A stretch of DNA of 64,000 nt. Origin: a virus. The translations under genes and the position numbers were made by a program. This document shows, piece after piece, positions 1 through 9,757 of this stretch (positions are counted from its first letter, which is position 1; each line of letters starts with the position of its first letter). A model generated the notes under the pieces. It saw only the letters and a program-made list of their open reading frames with translations, had not been told where the DNA came from and searched no databases. The stretch lies in IMG/VR virus record IMGVR_UViG_3300017757_000001, one strand, 5' to 3'.

Positions 1-282
1 ATAAACAATTCTATTAATAGCTCTTAACATCTCACCTTCTACAGTGTCTGATTTTCCTGACCCTGCTACTAATTTATCGTATAAAGGTTCGTTTCTATCT
101 TCTAATTCTTTACCTACGAATTCTTTAATTTTTTTCTTTTTTGATATTGCTGTGTCTTTACACATTTCATCAAATGTAGGTCCATCTTGAGCACACGCCC
201 ATTTTCTTTGTTTTTCAGAGTAAACCTCATTTGTAGCTAATTTATCTTCTTTTAGATATTTTTTTAAATTAAAATTATTCAT
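1..282 (-). CDS. Partial hypothetical protein running off the window start; resembles the putative internal-head proteins
   Basis: Not in the ORF track. ATG at 282, open to position 1: MNNFNLKKYLKEDKLATNEVYSEKQRKWACAQ...EMLRAINRIVY, with L/I-x-E motifs. Confidence 0.7.
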   Translation of the reverse strand, partial: MNNFNLKKYLKEDKLATNEVYSEKQRKWACAQDGPTFDEMCKDTAISKKKKIKEFVGKELEDRNEPLYDKLVAGSGKSDTVEGEMLRAINRIVY

Positions 283-294
283 TATTCATTATTT

Positions 295-522
295 TTATTT
301 TCCTCTATTAGCAAATTTTTCTAATCCAGCTATACCAAAACATCCTAATACTACTAGCACAAAAGAATCATAAATTGCTTCATTAATAACTAGGTCTTTT
401 CCAACCCATCCTGTTATAATATCTGCCATCATTACTACTACCATTACCAGAAAGGCACAAAAACCAACTATTGATTTTTCATTCCATTGATTATCATCTT
501 TAAATATATTTTTCCAGCTCAT
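295..522 (-). CDS. Small two-TM membrane protein, holin-like
   Basis: 75 aa, two hydrophobic segments (IVGFCAFLVMVVVMMADII; FVLVVLGCFGIAGL), basic C-terminus. Confidence 0.5.
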   Translation of the reverse strand: MSWKNIFKDDNQWNEKSIVGFCAFLVMVVVMMADIITGWVGKDLVINEAIYDSFVLVVLGCFGIAGLEKFANRGK

Positions 523-524
523 AG

Positions 525-731
525 TTAAAATAATTTTTTAACCCAATTTTTAGCAATATCCCAATTTCTACATGCGAATACTCCAAATGCTATACCTGAG
601 TAGAATTTATATCCAAAAGATAACAATACTAATCCTGCTATAAGACCACCAATTCCTTCAATCCCATTAGCAACTATCCAATCTTTTACTATTGCATAGA
701 TTTTTTTAATAAAATTTAATACTTTATTCAT
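525..731 (-). CDS. Small membrane protein, holin/antiholin-like
   Basis: 68 aa, amphipathic N-terminus plus hydrophobic hairpin; ATATTTATA motif upstream. Confidence 0.45.
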   Translation of the reverse strand: MNKVLNFIKKIYAIVKDWIVANGIEGIGGLIAGLVLLSFGYKFYSGIAFGVFACRNWDIAKNWVKKLF

Positions 732-754
732 AATATATTATTTTTACAATTTAT

Positions 755-763
755 TATAAATAT
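755..763 (-). promoter_or_regulatory. Putative late promoter ATATTTATA
   Basis: Exact motif 24 nt upstream of ATG at 731. Confidence 0.65.
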
Positions 764-802
764 AAGAAAAAAGATACTTATGTATTTTTTATTTAGAAAA
801 AT

Positions 803-2512
803 TTACCCATCACAACTAACACATTCTGCTGTTCTACTTCCTAAATCACCTTTAATAACTGAATCTGTTCTTAAATAGTATAAAGTTTTAATTCCTAACT
901 TCCAAGCTTCCATATGAACTTGATTTATCCATTTAGGTGAATCTGTAGGAGGAAAACATAAATTTAATGATTGTGTTTGATCAATATATTTTTGTCTAAT
1001 AGCAGCCTGTCTAACTAATTCTAATTGGTTTATTTCAGCAAATGTTAAAAATACTTCTTTATCTTCTTCTGATAAGATATCAGAAGGTATATTCATTACC
1101 GAACCATCATCTGCCAAAATTTGATCCCATATTTTATTATTATTTTTACCCTTTTCGTTTAATATTTTTTCTAATTCTGGATTTTTAACAATAAATGTTC
1201 CTTTAGCTCCATTAAAAGTATAAACATTTGCAGGTTGAGGTTCAATCCCTGCTGAACATCCTGCTATTCTAGAATTTGATACTGTTGGTGCTATAGCTAA
1301 AACATGAGTATTTCTCATACCTGTTCCTTTACACCACAATGGTTCTCCATAATCTACAGCTAATTGTCGACTTGCAGCTTCAGCTTCACTTCTAATTTTA
1401 GACATTATAGTATGAGTCCATGCAGTAGATGCAATTGAATTAAATGGTAAATTTTTCTTTTGAAGAAAGGTATGCCATCCCATTATTCCTAACCCTAATG
1501 CTCTTCCTTTTTTAGCATGTTTGTGGGTACGTTTCATTGCTTCTTTACCATTTGTTTTTTCAATAAATTCTTCCATTACTCCATCTAAAAAATAAGTTGC
1601 AGTTTCAACTACATCTGTATCTTTCCACTCATCATATTTTGCCAAATTTAAAGAACTTAAACAACAAATAAATGAATGTTCTTCATCAGTAAATAATGTA
1701 ATTTCAGAACAAATATTAGTCATAGAAACATTAAGATTATTCATCATATATGCTAAAGGATTAGCTTTATTAACATTATCCCCAAACATAATATACGGTT
1801 CTCCCGTTTCTACACGCGATTTAAGCACCTCAAGCCATAAAGCCATAGCCTCTGCGTCCCTATCATTTAACTTGCGCATAAACGCATCATCTACAACAAC
1901 ACATTGATGTAAATTTAAACACTGTCTATTAGGATCACCTTTAGGTCTTCTAATTTGTAAAAATTCTCCAATATCTGGATGATTAATATTTAAATTAACT
2001 GATGCTGCTCCCCTTCTTACATTACCTTGATTTGTAGCTATAATAGTTGAATCATATATTTTACACCAAGGGACTACACCTTCACTTTTACCATTACCTC
2101 TAATTTCAGTTCCTCTAGGTCTAATTCTATCTACACTTATTCCTACTCCCCCTCCAGATGAAGTTAATTTCATTAACTCTGCATTTGTTAATCCTATACC
2201 TCTAACTGAGTCAGGTGTATCAACCCCAAAACAAGAAATTGGCAACCCCCTATCAGTACCTGTATTAGATAATACTGGTGAAGCTAAACCAATCCAACCA
2301 TTCCAAATATATTTAAAAAATTTATTTGCTAAATCTGGTCTTTTTAATCTTTCAGCAACTGCATTAGCTACTCTTCTATAAGCTTTTTTAGGATTTTCTC
2401 CAGGTATTAAATATCCTTTAGATATTGTAGATAGTGCAACTTCATCCATCCATTCTGGGTAGTCTTTGCCTTTTTCCCACTCACTATAATCTGCTATTAA
2501 ATTATTATCCAT
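803..2512 (-). CDS. nrdA: Class I ribonucleotide reductase alpha subunit, short form without ATP-cone
   Basis: ISCF, GGGVG, TNICSEI (radical Cys/Glu), APT, LGIKTLYY and C-terminal ECVSCDG; 569 aa. Confidence 0.96.
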   Translation of the reverse strand: MDNNLIADYSEWEKGKDYPEWMDEVALSTISKGYLIPGENPKKAYRRVANAVAERLKRPDLANKFFKYIWNGWIGLASPVLSNTGTDRGLPISCFGVDTPDSVRGIGLTNAELMKLTSSGGGVGISVDRIRPRGTEIRGNGKSEGVVPWCKIYDSTIIATNQGNVRRGAASVNLNINHPDIGEFLQIRRPKGDPNRQCLNLHQCVVVDDAFMRKLNDRDAEAMALWLEVLKSRVETGEPYIMFGDNVNKANPLAYMMNNLNVSMTNICSEITLFTDEEHSFICCLSSLNLAKYDEWKDTDVVETATYFLDGVMEEFIEKTNGKEAMKRTHKHAKKGRALGLGIMGWHTFLQKKNLPFNSIASTAWTHTIMSKIRSEAEAASRQLAVDYGEPLWCKGTGMRNTHVLAIAPTVSNSRIAGCSAGIEPQPANVYTFNGAKGTFIVKNPELEKILNEKGKNNNKIWDQILADDGSVMNIPSDILSEEDKEVFLTFAEINQLELVRQAAIRQKYIDQTQSLNLCFPPTDSPKWINQVHMEAWKLGIKTLYYLRTDSVIKGDLGSRTAECVSCDG

Positions 2513-2522
2513 TATTTATTTT

Positions 2523-3509
2523 TTAAAATATTGACCCTGCATCCCAATCCTGTGTTCCTTTACTATAATTTGTTACTCTATTTGCAAAAAAATCAGTATG
2601 TTGTTTTCCTGCTGATAGGTGATCAAACCATTTCATTCTTTCAATAGCTGTTACATCTATACCATTAACTATAGGTCTATAACCTAAATCTCCCATTTTT
2701 GTATTAACTCTATGTTTAATAAATGATATTAAATCATTTTTAGTACAGCCTTCTAAATCACCTTGCTCATATACAGTTTCAATAAAATCTACTTCTAATT
2801 TTAATGAAAGTAAAGCTGCTTCATTAATTGCTGCTTCTAATTCAGGTGTTTTTAATTCTGGTTTTTCTTTTAAAAGTGTTCTAAATAACCAACAACCCGC
2901 ATCTGAATGCATTGATTCATCTCTAATAGACCATTCTACTATTTGTCCTACTCCTTTTAATTTATTTCTTAACTTAAATGATAATAAAACAGCAAAAGAA
3001 GAAAATAAATTTACACCTTCAGTAAATGCTGAAAATATGGCTAATGACTTTGCTCGTTCATGCCAATCTATTTCCCCATCAAAACTATCTCTAACATTCA
3101 TAAGTGTTTCAATTTTAGCCATTGTAGATTCGTCTTCTAAAAATTCACTAAAATCATCTAATCCTAATTCTTCATTTAATAAACTATAAGCTTCAGCATG
3201 AACTGTTTCCATAGCCCCAAAAACAGTTGCCATTGCTATAATTTCAGGTTTTCTAAACCATTTTGTAACTAAACCTGTCCAATAATCATTTACTACAGTT
3301 TCGGTTTGAGCAAATCCTTTTAAAATCGAACCAATTATATTTTTTTCAGTATCTGTTAAGCTTGTTTTCCAATCATTAACATCTGACATCATTGGAACTT
3401 CTGTGTGTATCCAATGTGCTTGTTGTTGCTTTAACCAATAATCGAATGCTTCGGGATATTCAAAAGGTTTATATACTATACGTTCTTTGGTAAGATCTTT
3501 CTTTGCCAT
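2523..3509 (-). CDS. nrdB: Class I ribonucleotide reductase beta subunit
   Basis: ETVHAEAYS (EXXH plus radical Tyr), TEGVNLFSSF, RDESMH, C-terminal DFFANRVTNYSK. Confidence 0.96.
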   Translation of the reverse strand: MAKKDLTKERIVYKPFEYPEAFDYWLKQQQAHWIHTEVPMMSDVNDWKTSLTDTEKNIIGSILKGFAQTETVVNDYWTGLVTKWFRKPEIIAMATVFGAMETVHAEAYSLLNEELGLDDFSEFLEDESTMAKIETLMNVRDSFDGEIDWHERAKSLAIFSAFTEGVNLFSSFAVLLSFKLRNKLKGVGQIVEWSIRDESMHSDAGCWLFRTLLKEKPELKTPELEAAINEAALLSLKLEVDFIETVYEQGDLEGCTKNDLISFIKHRVNTKMGDLGYRPIVNGIDVTAIERMKWFDHLSAGKQHTDFFANRVTNYSKGTQDWDAGSIF

Positions 3510-3528
3510 TTAATTTAATATTTTAAGG

Positions 3529-4896
3529 TTATTTATTTAATTCGAAAAATTTACTTTTTAATTGTTGTTTATCAAACTGATCAAAATTAGTAAATTTTTG
3601 TTGAGGGTTTTCGGATGGTTGTTCAAAATCTTCATCATCTGGGTTGTAATCATGTACTTCAAAATGACCTGTTGAAGTATCTGCTTTTACTCCAAAGGTT
3701 AATCCATCAATACCATATCTATTTTTCATAATGTGAAATCTACCAGTTCCGTTTACTTTATCTTTTCTTTTTCTTGAGAGAGAAATACAAACATCTGTAA
3801 TCATAATTTTATCATATGATCCAGCTGCCTTATCTCCTTCGACAATATCATCTTTTGCACCTGCACGATTTACTTGAGAAACACTCCAAACTGGTATGTT
3901 TAATTCTCTAGCTAATCCCTTAGTGCTTGTATAAATATCATCTATTTCTCCTTTTCTATCAGCAGTTCTCTTTTTCGTTGAAAGTAGATCTACATAATCA
4001 ATTATTACTAAATCTGGTTTTACTCCTAAATCAGTTATTTTCTTTATATGTGATTCTACTGTAGACATTGTTGCTCTTCCTGTTGGAAATTCTTTAATAA
4101 TTAATTGACCCGGTAATTGAGGGACTATTTCTTCTACTTTTTCTCTTTGAGGAATAATTCTATCAACTGGTATTTTAGAGAAAAACGCATCATATCTAAG
4201 TCCTACATATTGTTCTCCTAATTCTAGAGTATAGTGAACAACATTATATCCTAATCTTACAGCATGTCCTCCTAAAGCAACTAAAGACCAAGATTTACCA
4301 CCTCCTGGATTACCAAATATAAGACCAAAATCTCCATTTCCGAGACCTCCTTGAAGTAAATTATTAATTCTATCCCAAGGAGTTGGTATAGTTGTTCTAC
4401 TATCTTCTCTATACCTTGATTCAATATCTTTATTATATTCATGACCTACATTTTTATCTTGACCTGCTTTTAAAGCATTGTCTATTAATACTCTTATAGA
4501 ATCATATTCACCTGAGTTTAATAAATCAACACTGCCTAATAATGCTTTTTTAAGTTGTTGATTTTTACAAAATGATGACATTTCTTCCTGGACATAATCT
4601 AAATCTTCATCTGATGACTTATATGCTTCTTTTAGTTGTTCTTTGATTGAAAGTTTTAATACATCATTAGTTATTTTTTGTAATTCTACTTTAAGAACAT
4701 CCATGGAAGGAGTAGTATGATATTTTTCATAATACTTTAGAATTTCTTTAACTATCCATTTATGGGCTTGATTGTCAAAATACTCATCACTCAACATATC
4801 ATTTATATTGATGAGAAAATCCTTATGTGTTAATAAGGATGATAGCACTTTTATCTGAAATGAAGTACCATATTGGTTTAAATTTACTAATGTCAT
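3529..4896 (-). CDS. dnaB: DnaB-like replicative helicase (T4 gp41-like)
   Basis: Walker A GNPGGGKS, YTLEL, VIIDYVDLL, SQVNR, MKNRYG. Confidence 0.92.
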   Translation of the reverse strand: MTLVNLNQYGTSFQIKVLSSLLTHKDFLININDMLSDEYFDNQAHKWIVKEILKYYEKYHTTPSMDVLKVELQKITNDVLKLSIKEQLKEAYKSSDEDLDYVQEEMSSFCKNQQLKKALLGSVDLLNSGEYDSIRVLIDNALKAGQDKNVGHEYNKDIESRYREDSRTTIPTPWDRINNLLQGGLGNGDFGLIFGNPGGGKSWSLVALGGHAVRLGYNVVHYTLELGEQYVGLRYDAFFSKIPVDRIIPQREKVEEIVPQLPGQLIIKEFPTGRATMSTVESHIKKITDLGVKPDLVIIDYVDLLSTKKRTADRKGEIDDIYTSTKGLARELNIPVWSVSQVNRAGAKDDIVEGDKAAGSYDKIMITDVCISLSRKRKDKVNGTGRFHIMKNRYGIDGLTFGVKADTSTGHFEVHDYNPDDEDFEQPSENPQQKFTNFDQFDKQQLKSKFFELNK

Positions 4897-4901
4897 ATAA
4901 C

Positions 4902-5933
4902 TTATTTTTTTATAACTAATTTTTCAAATACATCTTTTACCCAAAAATCTACATTTCGTATCATACCTCCAAGTTTATCTTGATTGTACATGGATACAAA
5001 TTCCTCGGGAATATAAGGAAGTTCTTTAGATTTAACACATTCATTTAGATATTCTTTATCTCTATCATCAATCATAGGATTAGATAAATCCATTACTTTA
5101 TAGTTTTTTTCTAAATCACTAATACCTTGAACAATACGAGCATAAACTACATGATCTTTTAATCGTTTTACACAAATATCATATATATCATCTAATGTTA
5201 GATCTCTTTCTGCTAATTCAGGGAATTTTTTTAATAATCCTTTTTCACCTAATCCCTTAACACCTTTAATTTTATCTGAATTATCACCTAATAAAGTTTT
5301 GTGTAAAATAAAATTTTTAGGAGACATTTTATATTTTTGAATCATAGTATCTGGTGTATAGTATTCTTTTTCCATTGGTCTATACACTGCTATGTTTTCA
5401 TTTACTAATTGTAAAAAATCTTTGTCTGAAGATAATATAAATACTTTATCCTCTGGTTTTTGAGGGATTATTCCACTAATATATGCTATAATATCATCAG
5501 CTTCTACTTTATTTATACTAATTACTTTTACAGGTAATGTTTTCAAATATTGAATTATACGAACCATTTGATCTACTTTAGCATCATGTTCATCCTCTAA
5601 ATTATCAAAAGCATCCCAATTAGTAATGCGTTGTTGATCTCTACCTGATTTATATTCGGGAATTATGTTTTTTCTGTTATTAGCTGATCCATGACCATCA
5701 AATATAACATACACTTGTGTAGGTTGAGTTTGTCTAATCATTGCCCCTAATGATCTAAAGAATCCACCTAATCCCCCAATATGAATACCATCAGGGTTAA
5801 CCATATTCATTACAGCAAAATTTCTAAAGAATAAATTTAAACCATCAATTAATAGTATTCTTTCACTTTCTACAGTATTATTTCCTTGCTCTTGAATATT
5901 ATCCAAGAGTTTACTTAAGTCTTTATTCTTCAT
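4902..5933 (-). CDS. Stand-alone 5'-3' exonuclease / flap endonuclease (Pol I N-domain, T4 RNase H-like)
   Basis: LLIDGLNLFFR, EYKSGR, VEADDII, SSDKDFLQL, LGDNSDKIKGVKGLGEK (H3TH). Confidence 0.92.
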   Translation of the reverse strand: MKNKDLSKLLDNIQEQGNNTVESERILLIDGLNLFFRNFAVMNMVNPDGIHIGGLGGFFRSLGAMIRQTQPTQVYVIFDGHGSANNRKNIIPEYKSGRDQQRITNWDAFDNLEDEHDAKVDQMVRIIQYLKTLPVKVISINKVEADDIIAYISGIIPQKPEDKVFILSSDKDFLQLVNENIAVYRPMEKEYYTPDTMIQKYKMSPKNFILHKTLLGDNSDKIKGVKGLGEKGLLKKFPELAERDLTLDDIYDICVKRLKDHVVYARIVQGISDLEKNYKVMDLSNPMIDDRDKEYLNECVKSKELPYIPEEFVSMYNQDKLGGMIRNVDFWVKDVFEKLVIKK

Positions 5934-5953
5934 CGTCTTTGATTTAATACCTA

Positions 5954-5982
5954 AATATACGAAATTTCTTTCGTATATCCAA
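5954..5982 (-). promoter_or_regulatory. Host-sigma-type promoter TTGG-N18-GTATATT overlapped by a 10-bp inverted repeat
   Basis: Minus strand TTGG-ATATACGAAAGAAATTTC-GTATATT; inverted repeat atatacgaaa (5955-5964) / tttcgtatat (5969-5978). Confidence 0.75.
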
Positions 5983-5984
5983 GA

Positions 5985-7064
5985 TTATTGCGGTTCTTCT
6001 CCAAAAGATGTTATATCAGTGTATGCTTGATCTTCTTCAACAACTCTAAAATCTTCACCACCTAATATAGCTTTCCAAGCATCAGCTTGTTCTGTTTTAT
6101 AATTTTTTAATGCTTTATCATTATCTAATATAAAACCATGAGGAGTCATAACAATTTTACCTCTAGTAGTAACACCATTAATATGATTTTTATCAATTTG
6201 AATATTTACTCTTTTAGCAAATTCAACTTGTTTACCATCTTTAATAGCTTTAATTTTAGAAGTTCCAGCTGACATAACATTACCAAATGTTACAACAAAT
6301 GTAGAATCAAACCACATAGCATAACCTCCTTTGTTCATTAATTTAGGTTGCCCCATTGGAGATTCAGCTTTTAAGGTCCAAACTTTATTAATACAAACTA
6401 ATGTGTTAGTATAAGGAGATGATTCTTTTCGGGATAATGTAATCTTTTGATTTACACTATTACCAAACTGAGTTGACATAGCACCTGCATTCCATTCATT
6501 GTTATTTTTATTAGATTTTATAGACATTTCACAAGGAACTGATCCAATAGAATCCCATAAAAACAATAAATCATAAGGTAAGTTACCATTCTTTTGTTCA
6601 TCAATTAAATCTAAAATAAAACCAGCTACATCTTCAATTGAATTTATTGTTTCTCTATCTACATAAATAAAATTACCTTCATAATTTTCAACCTCACCAT
6701 TTTCATCAAGAACTTCATTTACTTCCATCCCCATCATTTTAGCATGATCCCAAGACCATTTCATCTCTGTAATAATAAAAACAGGTAATATTTTTCGTTT
6801 TTGAGCTGAAACTGCTGCTTCTAAAAGAGCTGTTGTCTTTCCTGTATCAGAGTGACCCCTAAGGAGCACAATGTGCCCCATAGGAATACCTGGTATGGAT
6901 GTGATTTCTTGAAATGCTGGTGATAAAGGTATCCAGTCTTGATCTTTAAATTTAATATTTTGTTTTAAACCTTTTTTCTCTTTAAAAGCATCTAAATTAA
7001 AGTTTTTTCTAACTTCTGAAGAGACCGCTTCCGTGAGAGATTTACTTTTTCTACCTCTAGCCAT
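5985..7064 (-). CDS. uvsX: RecA/UvsX-like recombinase
   Basis: PGIPMGHIVLLRGHSDTGKTT (Walker A), FLWDSIGS (Walker B), KGGYAMWF, IDKNHI. Confidence 0.88.
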   Translation of the reverse strand: MARGRKSKSLTEAVSSEVRKNFNLDAFKEKKGLKQNIKFKDQDWIPLSPAFQEITSIPGIPMGHIVLLRGHSDTGKTTALLEAAVSAQKRKILPVFIITEMKWSWDHAKMMGMEVNEVLDENGEVENYEGNFIYVDRETINSIEDVAGFILDLIDEQKNGNLPYDLLFLWDSIGSVPCEMSIKSNKNNNEWNAGAMSTQFGNSVNQKITLSRKESSPYTNTLVCINKVWTLKAESPMGQPKLMNKGGYAMWFDSTFVVTFGNVMSAGTSKIKAIKDGKQVEFAKRVNIQIDKNHINGVTTRGKIVMTPHGFILDNDKALKNYKTEQADAWKAILGGEDFRVVEEDQAYTDITSFGEEPQ

Positions 7065-7076
7065 ATTTTTTATTTA

Positions 7077-7910
7077 TTAAAATGGTAAATCATCATCATC
7101 TGATTTCTTATCATCAGAGAATAAATCATCGAATTTTTGTTCTTTAGATTTTTTACTAGTATCTATTGAGTAGTTATTTGATGTCTTTTTATCAGAATCA
7201 AATGCTACTGCTGGTTCAGATATAATTTCTCCTTCTTTTTCTTGATCTTCAGGAGCTAACCATTCTTGTAACCCAGACTTAACCTCATCAAAAGTATATC
7301 TTTTAAAGATACCCATTGGGTCTGGTTGATTTTCTAAAATACTTTGTACAAGTGTTGAATCCTCAGATATTGGAGATGTTTTTAATGATGGTCCAATTGT
7401 TGTTTTGTTGTAAGGAGTTCCTGTTACTTCAGGTCCTACAGTAGTTAACTTAATATCTCTACCTTGAGCCATATCAGTATAATCACCAATTTCATCATCA
7501 GAAGCCATATTTAAAAATTCTTGATATACTTCTTTACCAAATTGCCATAATTTAACACCTTCAGATTCTTGTCCTCTTACTATAACTGGAGCGAAAATAC
7601 GAGTTTTAGCATCTAATTTTTTAGCTAATCTCCAATTTTCTTTATCTCCACTTTGACGTAATTGTTTTGTGAATTCTTGAATTGGGTCTTTTTCTTTCCA
7701 ATTTTGAGGAGATGCCATTACTCTTGGTCCTATACCATAGTAAAATAACATTTCTGTAAATGGGAATGATTTATTGTACTTATTAGGTACAACTCTTACG
7801 ACTTGTTTACCAACTGAGGGTTTCCAAAATAGGTTTTTTCCTCCACCTCCGGAGTTACTTGATTGCTTGTTCATTTTTTCCAAGCGTTGTTTGATCACAT
7901 TTAAATCCAT
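7077..7910 (-). CDS. gp32: Single-stranded DNA-binding protein, T4 gp32-like
   Basis: FWKP, VRVVP, GVKLWQFGK, GRDIKL and acidic C-terminus DDDLPF. Confidence 0.85.
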   Translation of the reverse strand: MDLNVIKQRLEKMNKQSSNSGGGGKNLFWKPSVGKQVVRVVPNKYNKSFPFTEMLFYYGIGPRVMASPQNWKEKDPIQEFTKQLRQSGDKENWRLAKKLDAKTRIFAPVIVRGQESEGVKLWQFGKEVYQEFLNMASDDEIGDYTDMAQGRDIKLTTVGPEVTGTPYNKTTIGPSLKTSPISEDSTLVQSILENQPDPMGIFKRYTFDEVKSGLQEWLAPEDQEKEGEIISEPAVAFDSDKKTSNNYSIDTSKKSKEQKFDDLFSDDKKSDDDDLPF

Positions 7911-7953
7911 ATAAATAACTTTTTTTTAGTTTATAACGTTTATTATTAGACAC

Positions 7954-7982
7954 AATATACAAACACAAATTGGGGTAACCAA
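7954..7982 (-). promoter_or_regulatory. Host-sigma-type promoter TTGG-N18-GTATATT
   Basis: Minus strand TTGG-TTACCCCAATTTGTGTTT-GTATATTG upstream of SSB. Confidence 0.75.
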
Positions 7983-7983
7983 C

Positions 7984-8472
7984 CTATAGTGTAATAATAT
8001 TGTGAATTTTTGTTTTTAATTGTTTTAACTCATCATGTTGAGTTAGTAAAATTGTATTTCTGTAATGTTCCCAGGTAATAGGGAATTTGGTATCAACTAC
8101 ACCACCATTTAATTTTTTAATTAATTCATTAAGAGCATTAATAGTATATAGTGTATTAGATTCTTTTTTTCTATGTACCAAAATTGTGTTTTCTGGTAAT
8201 GAGCTTATATTTGGAGAATCAATATTGTAAGTACATACATATTCTTCATTACTTTTAATATATAGTACAAATATCTTATTGTATAATATATCATATTTAG
8301 AAGTTATACTCTTTAGTAAATTATCTAAATCTTCTAAAGTAGTAAATGTACAAAATAATTTATTATTCAAATCGGCAATATTTAGTTTAGTAAACTCATG
8401 AAAATCGTCTACTTTATACATATTAACAGATTTATTTAAATCGGGTCTATCTAAAATCATATGTTTTTCCAT
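7984..8472 (-). CDS. Hypothetical protein in the replication module, overlapping the polA-like gene (start uncertain)
   Basis: 162-aa ORF between polA-like and SSB genes; no motif recognised. Confidence 0.7.
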   Translation of the reverse strand: MEKHMILDRPDLNKSVNMYKVDDFHEFTKLNIADLNNKLFCTFTTLEDLDNLLKSITSKYDILYNKIFVLYIKSNEEYVCTYNIDSPNISSLPENTILVHRKKESNTLYTINALNELIKKLNGGVVDTKFPITWEHYRNTILLTQHDELKQLKTKIHNIITL

Positions 8473-9706
8473 AACTTATTTTTGTTTGTAACTTATAACT
8501 ATCAAATAGACTAATTATTTCCTTATATAATGCTTTTTCGCTTTTATCAAAGTCGAAAAGGAAGCTATCGTAAGTGTATAATATTAATTTTGTTTTTTTG
8601 TTTTTTAATAATTTAATAATATCCCATAATATACAAATATTATATGATGTCTCCAAGTTTTGTAGTAAGTAATTAAGTAATTTTTGGGGCTTCATATCAT
8701 GTAACTTTTTATTTTCAAATTTATGCTTTGAAATAGGACATTCTATAAAGCCTTCATTTTGAAACTTACTCCACATATCGTCAGTATATACTTGAACTTT
8801 TTTAAAAAATTCTAAATCTTTATACTTTTCGAATACACCCCCATATAACTGCTTAAATGTTAGTTCTTTTGCTTTTTTATATTCAACTCCATACATTTCA
8901 GCAAATGCTTGGTGTATGTCTTTTTTTCCAAAGTCATAATTAATTAATTTAGCTAACAATGTTGGGTGATAAGCTCCTATATCTATTTCAATTAAATTAT
9001 CGTTTTTAGGTATAAAAGACTTTCTACATCCATTTTCTTTGTTTAAGGCAGCATAATTTACTCCTTTGAATTTATTTGAGGGTCTTGTTGTAAGGGTTTT
9101 GAAGTTGTATTGTGTGTAGATAGTGTCTCTACTGACATCGTGAAAGTGCGATTTAAATTCTTCTCTATTAATGTGTATTCCACTTCGCTCCAAGGCGTTG
9201 AATACCATTGTGGCTTTGTTGTTGTAAAAGTCATTGATTGGCTCATTTATTTTATCTTTTAAATTATTATATAGGTTTTCACAATACTCATAGTGTTTTA
9301 CTATTGGTATTATAGTATTAATATTATCATAATGTGGGTATCTCTGATAGAAAATGTTATGTGTTTGGGTAAATTCTTGTATATACGGAGGAGTATTTAA
9401 ATTAATGTCGTAAACCCCTTTTTGAGGAAAATAATGGAAAAATTCTTTTTTATCCCTCACATATATGGTATTTATATTGTTTAATACACGAGTTATATTG
9501 TTTATATCCAATTCTAGAGTCTCACTATGTGAAGTGGGCAGTATAAATCCCTTCGCCGTATTTAACGGATGAATATAAACCGCACAAATTTTATTCACTG
9601 TTGGATGTTCTCTATTATCATAGGGAATTACTTCAACAAATGCTTTATTGTGGTGGAGTTTTTCAAATAATTGGAATTGATTTTCCTCTTCAACTAACCA
9701 GAACAT
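8447..9706 (-). CDS. polA: Short, divergent family-A DNA polymerase
   Basis: TLTTRPSN...CRKSF, motif A IEIDIGAYHP, DIHQ, motif B AKELTFKQLYG, NYLLQ, motif C LYTYDSFLF; only 419 aa. Confidence 0.8.
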   Translation of the reverse strand: MFWLVEEENQFQLFEKLHHNKAFVEVIPYDNREHPTVNKICAVYIHPLNTAKGFILPTSHSETLELDINNITRVLNNINTIYVRDKKEFFHYFPQKGVYDINLNTPPYIQEFTQTHNIFYQRYPHYDNINTIIPIVKHYEYCENLYNNLKDKINEPINDFYNNKATMVFNALERSGIHINREEFKSHFHDVSRDTIYTQYNFKTLTTRPSNKFKGVNYAALNKENGCRKSFIPKNDNLIEIDIGAYHPTLLAKLINYDFGKKDIHQAFAEMYGVEYKKAKELTFKQLYGGVFEKYKDLEFFKKVQVYTDDMWSKFQNEGFIECPISKHKFENKKLHDMKPQKLLNYLLQNLETSYNICILWDIIKLLKNKKTKLILYTYDSFLFDFDKSEKALYKEIISLFDSYKLQTKISYGKTYDFR

Positions 9707-9726
9707 AACTTTTATTTATTTACCTA

Positions 9727-9755
9727 AATATACATAATGGAAATTGGGTATCCTA
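9727..9755 (-). promoter_or_regulatory. Host-sigma-type promoter variant TAGG-N18-GTATATT
   Basis: Minus strand TAGG-ATACCCAATTTCCATTAT-GTATATTT upstream of the polA-like gene. Confidence 0.7.
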
Positions 9756-9757
9756 AT

